Source: Octopus bimaculoides (lineage: Eukaryota). From it: a stretch of DNA of 43,686 nucleotides. This document shows positions 34,240 through 43,686 of this stretch, one piece after another. A program made the translations under genes and the position numbers. The stretch is taken from NCBI RefSeq assembly GCF_001194135.2, contig NC_069000.1, positions 34,141,930-34,185,615 of the forward strand, written 5' to 3'. How positions within the stretch are numbered: the stretch's first letter is position 1; each line of letters opens with the position of its first letter. The notes under the pieces are model-generated. The model was given only the letters and a program-made list of their open reading frames with translations, ran no database searches and was not told the DNA's origin.

Positions 34240-36309
34240 ACATTAGGAATGATACTCTCCAATGTATGTTTTAGGTTGTTGGGGAGTTTTGGCTGTTATT
34301 ACTAGCAGCCAGAATGACCATAAAGGAGCCCCTTTATTATATATGTTATAAGCTGGAAAATAACAGAGCCATAAAGATTAAAAATTGAATCATAGGTCAC
34401 TAGAAGAGAATATTTAAGTAAATTTACATTCGTTTTTTCATAATACATGTGGAATAGTTCTGCTAATTTTGATGTTTGTACATTAATTTTTTAAATGAAT
34501 TATCTTCACAGATAAGGTGGCAAGCTGGACAAAATGCTTAGTGGCATTTCATCTGACTTTACATTCTGAGATCAAATTCTGCTGAGGTTGACTTCGCCTT
34601 TTATCCCTTTCAAGGTCGATAAAATAAGCACCTATTGAACACTGGGGTTGATAGGATCAACTTACACCCTCCCTCGAACCTGCTGGCTTTGCGCCAAAAT
34701 GTAAAACCAATAAATTATCTTCACAGACGGGTGCCCTTCATAATTATAGAATGAGAGTGGTTGCTTCTGTTTTTAATAAGACAAATTGCAATGGAAGAGA
34801 AGCAACCATGTGGAGGTTCCTGCTTTAACTTACTTAAGTAATGAAGTAAAACGGTTCTACAAAAAAAGAACTGAAACCACAGACTTCAGAATGGAAAGTA
34901 AATAATAAGTGAATAAAACTTGCAATAAAGCTTTAATTAAAGTGTCTTTTGAATGCAAGTGCAGGTATGGCTCTCTGGCTAAGAAGCTCACTTTACAAGC
35001 AAATAGCTTTGAGTTCAATCCCACAGCATAGCATATTAGGCAAGTGTATTCTACTATAGCTTTGGGCTGACCAAAGCCTTGTAAGTGAATTTAGTAAATG
35101 GAAACTGTATGGGAGCTCATGTGCATTTGTGCACTTGACAACTGGTAGTGATTTGTTTGCATTCTCATAACTTAGAGGTTTGACAAAAAGAAACTGATAG
35201 AATAAGTATCAGATTGAAAAATACAAGTACTGGGGTTGATTTGTTCAACTAAACACTACAAGGTGATACCATAGCATATCTGCAATCCAATGACTGAAAC
35301 AAGTAAAGGATATTATATATATCATGGTGGGGTACACATTATTTTGGAAAACCAAAGTGAGGCATAGAACAAAAACGGTTGAGAAACACTTGGTTGAAAT
35401 ACAAGGCCTGAAATTTTGGCCATAGGGCTAGCCAATTACATCAACCTAAGTGTTTATTGACCTAGAAAAGATAAAGTCAACCTTGGTGGAATTTGAACTT
35501 AGAATGTAAAGTTGAAAGAAATGCTAAGCATGTTAACAACTTTATCAGCTTGCTGCCTTACACTGGGTTAGAATAAATAATAAGAACACCAATAAAGATC
35601 TGTGACAAAATTATTATTTAAGATCAAAATAGAGTAAAAAATAAATAAATAAATGAGTGGGTGGTTAACAAGCAGTGAAGACTGAAGAAAAAACTGATGT
35701 AAAATGAGGAAAGAAAAAAAAAAAATGCTGATGCAATATTTATCATAGTTGCAACAACATGTTATAAAGGTTACCATTATAAAAAAAGTGGTGGTATGAA
35801 TGGTAACGAAGCATATTGGCAGAGTTGTTAAAGTACTAGGTAGAATACCTTGTGGTATTTGTTCTAGCTCCCTGCATTTTGAGTTCAAATATCAGGTCAA
35901 CTTTGTCTTTCATTCTTCCTAGGTTGATCGGTAAAGTACGAGTCAAATATTAGGATTGGATTTTTTTCTTCTTGTTCTCTCTTGGAATCAGTTGTGTCAT
36001 GTCATGAGAAGGCTTGTGATTAAGTAAGGAGGAACTAGCAATCTCTTTTCTTGAAAAAAAAAATAACTGATGTGCTTCCAAGGATGGAACAATGTGCAGT
36101 GCAGCACAGAAAGGAAATAAAGTTGGAAATGGAAGAGAAACAGAACATACACTATAAGTATGTTTAGTTTTATCCCAATAGGTTCAGAATTTGAATACGG
36201 TTAGAGTGAAATAAACTAAGTAGTAGTAATATGCTGAAGGTAATGTATGTGACTATACTCTTGTCCAGCAAATTTGTAAATCATAAGCAAGCGGGCACCT
36301 GTGGAAAAT

Positions 36310-36407
36310 CCACAGATAATAAATATTCAGTTTTGCAGACAATTATCTGTGGCAAAGTATAACTACCCCCTTGTCTGTCCTGTGTATCACATGTGACACA
36401 CAGGACA
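36310..36407. repeat. Two adjacent hairpins at the mariner truncation point
   Basis: CCACAGATAAT/ATTATCTGTGG (36310-36320/36342-36352) and the 32-bp palindrome TGTCCTGTGT-A-TCACATGTGA-C-ACACAGGACA (36376-36407, one mismatch). Confidence 0.85.
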
Positions 36408-36416
36408 TATTTCCCA

Positions 36417-37377
36417 GTTGTCTAATGCCTGAAATACATGACAGTCAGTTGACGCAATGTCTGGTGAATATGGTGGATGACAGAGTACTTCCAAGTTCAG
36501 TTCCAGTAACTTGAGTAGCGTTCTTTGTGTAACAAATGGTCAAGCATTATCTTACAAGAGAATTGGCCTGTCTCTATTGACCAATCCTGGTTGTTTAATT
36601 ACAAGTTCACTCATCATTTCATCCAATTGGATGATGTATACATCTGCTGGACCACCAAATAGACATCATTGGCTTTCTTTGGATTGTGTTTTCTCACCTT
36701 GTCTCTATCCAACTACTATGCAGAACACTTGCTATTGTTGAAAAGAATCCATTTTCCATAACACATAACAATATGATGCAAAAATGGTCTGCTTTTATGC
36801 TATGACAGCAGAGAACAGTAAGTTTCAAGACAACATGTCATTTAATGCTCATTCAGTTTGTGTGGTATTCGTCCAGCTTCTTTACCATAACGATTCTTTC
36901 AGATGGTCCAATGCAGTTGGAATCGAAACATCAAACCTTGCTGCTAACTCGAGCATAGTTTGAGATGTAAGTGCTTCCACTACAGTTTCCAGTTCATCAT
37001 TATCCACCTTGGTTTCACATCTACCAAGAGTAAAGACACCAGACTGGAACTTCTCAAACCATCGACATACAGTGTGCTCATTCACATCTTCACCAAAAAC
37101 CTTATTGATGTTTCGAGCCGTCTGGGATGTATTGGTTCCATGATGGAACTCATATTCATAAGCAACACAATTTTTGATTTATCCATGGATTCACAAAAAT
37201 TGATTTACAAAAGAAAACTCACAATATAATCAGACACCATGAATTGCATTTTGAAAAATGATGATGTAACCCTTCAGTGTTGTAAAACAAAGCATTGTCA
37301 GGATAAAACATCAGAGTTAACGACTGTCAAACTTGGTGCATAAGAAAATCGGACATTTCATTCTTAATGACCTGATA
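36417..37377 (-). mobile_element. Decayed, 3'-truncated mariner transposon (D34D)
   Basis: TA followed by a 5' TIR-like TCAGGTCATTAAGAATGAAATGTCCG. ATG at 37186 (MDKSK). TVCRWFEKFQSG HTH region, IPHKLNEH (WVPHEL-like), *DNA*P...HPPYSPDIASTD with 34 residues between the Asp. Several stops and frameshifts; no right TIR seen. Confidence 0.93.
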
Positions 37378-39594
37378 TTTATATGTGTGTGTGTGTGTGT
37401 ATCATAATGCTCACTATTCCATACTGACATGAATCAGAGTTTATTGGAGTAATTCTCAACACCCGGATGCCCTCCTTGTTGTCACCTTTCAACTGTTTCT
37501 AAGCAAGATAATGCTTTGGCAGAATATTTGAAATGAATGGCTGCTTGTATGATAGTGTCACTCATTTACAGCTATCACACAATGTAAAGACAAGGAAACA
37601 CAAACATGTACATACAGTGAGCGTTTTTTAGTGTCTTTATATCAAATCCACTGACAAGAAATTTATAAATAATGTGGATTGACGATATCTATGGACAAAA
37701 AACAGCATAATTTTAGAAATAAAGACAAATTTAATCTTGCTTTATAGGTATTAGGAAATGAGACCTTACACTAAATTTGGTAAGAGTGCAAGTAAAATTG
37801 AAATATTGAAATATGTGGCTGTGTGTTAAGAAGCTTGCTTCCCAACCACATGGTTTTGGGTTCAGTCCTACTGCATGGCATTTTGAGTAAGTATCTGCTA
37901 CTATAGCCCCAGTTCAATCAAAGCTTTGTGACAGAAACTGAAAGAAGCCCATCATATAAAATATGTGTCTTTGACAACCGGTGTTGTTTTGTTTATGTCC
38001 CCATAACCTAGAGACTGATAAATTAATGCACCAGGCTTAACAAAACAGGAAAAAGAGTACTCGGGTTGATTTGCTTAACTAAAACCCTTCAAGGCAATAG
38101 TATCCCAGGACAGCTGCAGAGTAATGACTGAAACAAGTTAAAAGACAATGCAGTTGCCAAAGATGTTTCTTCATTATAATTAGATTTTCACCAAGGAAGA
38201 TAAATCTGTGAAACCTTTCATCTAATTTCTGACCTTGCACTTAGATTAGAAACTGAATCCCCAGTCTCAATTTACAGATTGGTACAAAAGTATTACTGTT
38301 TTTATATGCAATTTATTCCGAATTTTCAAATATTCTTCTTCCAAAAGCTTTCTACAATAAATTAGCACATGTGGCTGTACCAGTGACTAAATTTAACTTT
38401 CATATCACTGGCCAGGAAAAAAAAAAAAAGAAAAAAGTAACTTTGTTTATTCTACTGACAAGATGTTGTATACACTCTGCCAAATGCCTTACAGCTATAC
38501 TTGTACTGGAAGCTTTACAATATCATTCACTGAAACTATTCCTGGAAGAAGGGTTCTAAATTTAACTCTTACTATTATAGAAACCCAATCGGGAGGTGCT
38601 TTATATATAGTTTAACACTCTGAAACACATACACTGACTTCCAAACAGTAGCTTGTTAGTCAAAAGTTTTATGTTTCAGATCTGAAAGAAATATTAGATT
38701 ACAGAAGAGCTAATTAACTTGTAAAGACTCTATAAATACATTTTATTCATTATATAAATAAATGGTATGATACATGCATGCTAGGCCTTAGGTTTATCTT
38801 ATCTATTTCCCCTCAGACCATGAGCAGATGGGTCAGCAAAACAGACATTAAATTTGTAAAATAAGCTAAGATTGGTACAGTTATTTTCTTGATTATATGC
38901 TTTAATGTCATACCTGAGATGAGTTATTGTTCAAACTATTTATTCATTTTGGACCATTAACTTCAACTTTAAGAGATGAAGACATTTTAATATTTACATC
39001 AGTAATTCACGATTAAAATACAGTGAAGATGTAAATAAAAATAAGTTTCATTTCTAACGCTGGCATTAATAGTCTGAGAAACTATTATTACATTAAACAC
39101 AACTGTTTTTTGTTTATACAATTACTCATTTCCTTGGATTTTAGCCTTTTGTTTTGCTAGATGTAAAATAACAACATTGCTCAACATCACACAGGCAGTT
39201 ATTGTATTGTTGTATGTAGATTGGTGCAATACAAAGTCCATTAGGAATAGGAGGAGGAGGAGAGGAAGCCACTGAAGAATTACACCAGTATATAAATCAT
39301 GGCTGTACTTTGCCATTTACCTACAGAATTTTAGAAAATACCTATGTAGGGAAAAAGATTTTACACACTGGCATATTGACAGATTCAGTGGAACTGCATC
39401 AGTGACCAAGCTGCAGTTGTGCAACAAAAATGTTGACATTAAATTAATAATGTTTAAGTTTAGTTAACAGCTTTTGTTTTCAAATGGCTAATATGTATTT
39501 TTCATATTATAATTGTTTTAGTTTCAACACACAATCTCAGATCAAATCATATTTGCTTGGTACATACACTTCTGAAATACTAACATGGTTTTAT

Positions 39595-39690
39595 AAGATG
39601 ATAATTTATTTTCAAATGCAGAAACACTGTTAGAACAGCAGTTCTGCTGTTCTAACGGCTCTTCTGCGTTTGAAAATAAATCATCATCTT
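39595..39690. repeat. 96-nt near-perfect palindrome
   Basis: 47-bp arms (39595-39641 and 39644-39690), 6 mismatches, 2-nt loop. Confidence 0.92.
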
Positions 39691-40326
39691 GTATCTTATA
39701 GAAAACAAATTTTAGTTTGTTAATATTTATATACACAAAGATGTTCTTACAAATTTTGTCTAAATTTCTGAGATAAGGAAATATTATTACACTGATTTAT
39801 TTGTTCTAACATCATCATCTTGGTTGTTAGTATCATGTTCTGGCTGTGATACCTTTTGGATTTCTTCGTACTGAGTTTGGTAATAGTCTCAGAATTTGGA
39901 ATAAACCTTTTCTTAAATCCCCAAGAATAGATTGTACTCATTTCATTGTCAACAGTAGGGATATTCTCTGTATTATTCTAGTACTTGTGATACAGCCTGT
40001 ATTATTTTGTTTGAACCTCAATGTATGTAGATTGACTAACCCAGAGACTGAACTCATACTCACCAGCTAAACTACTACACCTAATCAATGCTTATATTCA
40101 CTATCTCAGCAATAATTACCATATCTACTCATGCATAAGTCACAACTCTAATTTTAAATCGCAGTACAAAATTTTTTTCCTTTCATTGATTTAGATTTGC
40201 CCTGTGTATAAGCTGCACCCCAGTTTTTGCAGTTAAAATCAAGCATAAAATAGTGTTACTTGAATAAATATAGTGTTACATGTCAAGAGTTGTAGTTTAG
40301 CTAGTGGGTCAGTCAAGCTATATATA

Positions 40327-40576
40327 CATCATCATCATCATCGTTTAACGTCCGCTTTCCATGCTAGCATGGGTTGGACGATTTGACTGAGGACTGGTGC
40401 AACCGGATGGCTACACCAGGCTCCAATCTAATTTGGCAGAGTTTCTACAGCTGGATGCCCTTCCTAACGCCAACCACTCAGAGAGTGTAGTGGGTGCTTT
40501 TACGTGTCACCCGCACGAAAACGGCCATGCTCGAAATGGTGTCTTTTATGTGCCACCCGCACAAGAGCCAGTCCAG
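40327..40576 (-). mobile_element. Young RTE 3'UTR-family copy running into the N gap
   Basis: (CAT)n-cgtttaacgtccgctttccatgctagcatgggttggacg family sequence. Confidence 0.9.
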
Positions 40577-41247
40577 NNNNNNNNNNNNNNNNNNNNNNNN
40601 NNNNNNNNNNNNNNNNNNNNNNNNNNNNNNNNNNNNNNNNNNNNNNNNNNNNNNNNNNNNNNNNNNNNNNNNNNNNNNNNNNNNNNNNNNNNNNNNNNNN
40701 NNNNNNNNNNNNNNNNNNNNNNNNNNNNNNNNNNNNNNNNNNNNNNNNNNNNNNNNNNNNNNNNNNNNNNNNNNNNNNNNNNNNNNNNNNNNNNNNNNNN
40801 NNNNNNNNNNNNNNNNNNNNNNNNNNNNNNNNNNNNNNNNNNNNNNNNNNNNNNNNNNNNNNNNNNNNNNNNNNNNNNNNNNNNNNNNNNNNNNNNNNNN
40901 NNNNNNNNNNNNATATATATATATATATATATATAAAAAACTAATAAGGTGAATATCCTTAGTATAGACAACAAATTGAGAACAATCTTCTCACATAGAT
41001 TTAACAAAGGGTTTGGTTCCAAATTCTGAGAACATTACTAAATACAATTTGAAGAAGGTCAAGGGTACAACAGATGAAAACCGGTTTCTTTTTTCAACAT
41101 ATGTTGAGATATTCACTAATGCAAGAAACATGCAAGTATATTGACCTTATAAAAAGTACAATGAAGAATCAAAGAAACTTTTTTTCAGATTTGGTTCAAC
41201 AAAATTTACCAGAATTTAAACTAGACTTAATAAGGAGAATTACATGG

Positions 41248-42307
41248 CCTGTACACATTTTTACACACACACAGGCCACCTGCAATTAGTTGGGCTATTA
41301 TAATGTATAATAGGAATTTAGGCTATATTTTAAGGAGACTACTTGACCTAAGCAGACCAACAGAACAAGCAGCCAGACAATAAAAATTATGGATCATCAC
41401 TCATGGTTTACTAAAACTAGTTAAGTTCTGTAACGTGCAGTTCTCTCTCACATACATTAAAGTAAATCCTCATCATTTAATGTCCGTTTTCCATGCTGGT
41501 ATGGGTAAGGTGGTTTGACTGGAGCTGGCAAGGTGGAGAGCTTCATGCCCTTCCTAATGTCAACCATTCCACAGGGTGTACAGGGTGTCATATGTGCCAC
41601 TGACACAGGTGCCTTTTATGTGTCACCAGCATGGGTACCTCCCACATGTCACTGGCACAGATGATTTCACACTTCACTGGCACTGGCCACGACTATGGTT
41701 TCACTTAACTTGATGTGTCTTAAGCACAGTAAGTTTTGGTCACTTGTCATCACCTCTGTGAAACACAACATCTGAAGATCATATTTCACCACCTCATTCT
41801 TAGTCTTCCTGGGTCTACCCCACCCACAGGTTCCCTCTGCAGTTAGAGATCAGCACTTCTTTACCAAGCTGTCCTCGTCTATATGCATCACATAAATGTT
41901 TCTAATAAAAGCCACTTTCTCCTTAATTCTCCACTCTAGTTACATCAGATCCTATTTTCATTGCTCTTCTTCCATTATCATACAACACATTTCAGAAGAA
42001 CACTGCATATGACTTCACTCTTCACCACATGTCTCTTTTTACTAACCAGTTTCCTAAATCTCTTCCACCTACTTCACTCCATTGCTGGCCACTCCTAGCA
42101 CTAATTATGCTGCTGCTAAGTTACAGAACTTAACAACTAGTTTTAGTAAACCATGAGTGATGATCCATAATTTTTATTGTCTGGCTGCTTGTTCTGTTGG
42201 TTTGATTAGGTCAAGTGGTCTCCTTAAAATATAACCTAAATTCTTATTATACATTATAATAGCCCAGTTGCAGGTGTCCTGTGTTGGTGTGTAAAAATGT
42301 AGACAGG
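41248..42307. repeat. Inverted duplication (arms 41248-41434 and 42120-42307) enclosing an RTE fragment
   Basis: Arms of about 190 bp, roughly 90% identical by eye, including a long exact block. 685-bp spacer. Confidence 0.93.
41470..42090 (-). mobile_element. RTE LINE 3' fragment (decayed ORF end plus 3'UTR)
   Basis: Homologous to 12165-12850; GRPRKT-coding remnant at about 41800-41820. Confidence 0.75.
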
Positions 42308-43111
42308 ACAGAGAATACAGCATGGCCAGGAGAATGCAACATGGTCACACTGAGCCCAATACAAACCAACAATCACAGCATGTTTAGCTGGGGCAAGGAC
42401 ATGGTATGTTTTAGTATAACAGATCTGTGAAGTGTGCCTAGTCATTTGGCTTACTACTTGGATGTGATAGGTCTGTTTGGTTAAAGCTGACCCAGAGCAA
42501 CAAAACAACTGAAGTGACTTTTAATCTATATACTCAGATATACTGGAAATAACTTCTTTTTACATGGCACCAGCACTGGTAAGATGACCAAGTAACTTAC
42601 AAGACAAAGATCCCTTAACTGAGAGGGGGAGTGGTATGGAAGGCGGTGTCTTCATGCTAGGAGATGAGAAGTTAAATTATGATAGAGACAAAAACAGGTG
42701 TTTTGCTTTAGAGGAGATACATGGTTACCTAAATTGAGGGAAAGAGATTGTTATATCTTCCACTTAATGTTAGCCAATCATTGATAATAAAAAGACTGTC
42801 ATAAAGTGATCACAATAGGTGACTTCTACTGTATATTTTGCACATATTTAATATATATATATATATATAAGGAAAAAATTATTCAATATAGAGTTCAATC
42901 TTTATGAAGAAAATTAGCATGAAAAATTTGTCAGTAAAAAGAGCTTATCTATTTGAACAGCTTTCAGTTATCCAACTAACATAGCATCAACTGCCATAAG
43001 ACACACATCCTCTACAAATTTTACCTGTCCCCCACTTAACAACAGGGATACCCAGAGAACCTCTTGTCATCTATTGTAACTCCATATTGTATGTATGTAT
43101 GTGTGTGTGTG

Positions 43112-43148
<37 letters not shown>

Positions 43149-43686
43149 GATCCAAGAGTCATATGATCATATGAACATTAGCTTTTATACAATGAAGAGC
43201 ATTGCCATGATTTTCTTTCTGGGAGTTAGAAAAACCTCAGCTACAAGAAGGACAAGACATTTACACTATTCTTATGTCATTATTTGCAATATTAGGTGGC
43301 AAGTTGGCAGAATTGTTAGCATGCTGGATAAAGTGCTTGCAGTATTTTGTCTGTCTTTATGTTCTGAGTTCAAATTCCACTGAGGTCAAATTTGCCTTTC
43401 ATCTATTCAGGGTTGATAAAATAATTATCAGTTGAACACAGGGGTCAATGTAATCAACTTTACCCCTACCCTGAAATAGCTGGCCTTGTGCCTAAAATTT
43501 GAAACCATTATTATTTGCAATATCATTTTCCATGTGAGGTGGCAAACTGGCAGATTTGATACTGTGCTGGGCAAAATGCTTAGCAACATTTTATCCATAT
43601 TTATGCTCAGAGTTCAACTTTGCTTTTCATCCTTTCAGGGTCGATAAAATAAGCACCAGTCGAGCAATGGGGTTGAGGTAATCAAC

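Noticed and set aside
39122-39316. Minus-strand ORF with WLPLLLLLFLM as a candidate SSR1 exon 1
   Set aside because: The only phase-1 GT donor after the hydrophobic run ends in T, which would create TGA on joining the next exon. The other donors are the wrong phase.
39542-39941. Two 64-aa minus-strand ORFs
   Set aside because: No recognisable homology and no consistent splice phases. One ORF is largely produced by the palindrome.
40062-40100. Strong - strand donor CTG|GTGAGT as a possible SSR1 exon 1 end
   Set aside because: The frame hits TAA about 9 codons upstream, with no ATG and no hydrophobic core.

Overview
AT-rich, repeat-dense animal genomic DNA from a draft assembly with four N gaps. 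The repeat families suggest a coleoid cephalopod, probably Octopus (inference). Two spliced genes lie tail-to-tail. CTU2 (+) shows its last 8 coding exons, 1916-16924, giving one 196-aa frame with all GT-AG introns. SSR1/TRAP-alpha (-) shows 8 coding exons, 31754 to 17964; its signal-peptide exon 1 was not found. Most supplied six-frame ORFs are spurious or transposon debris. Introns hold tRNA-derived SINEs, RTE-clade LINE fragments, TTAA/piggyBac-type MITEs, a decayed D34D mariner and a gag-like (CCHC) element. The main leads are: (1) two repeat families carrying Penelope-type minimal hammerhead ribozyme motifs, one of them a tRNA-headed SINE with inverted tail copies; (2) three local inverted duplications tied to retroelement fragments; (3) a circularly permuted gag-like element of about 1.6 kb with no RT seen; (4) several unexplained hairpins. 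Family names and motif matches come from recalled protein and RNA families, not database searches. Repeat boundaries are approximate unless a TSD or TIR is given.
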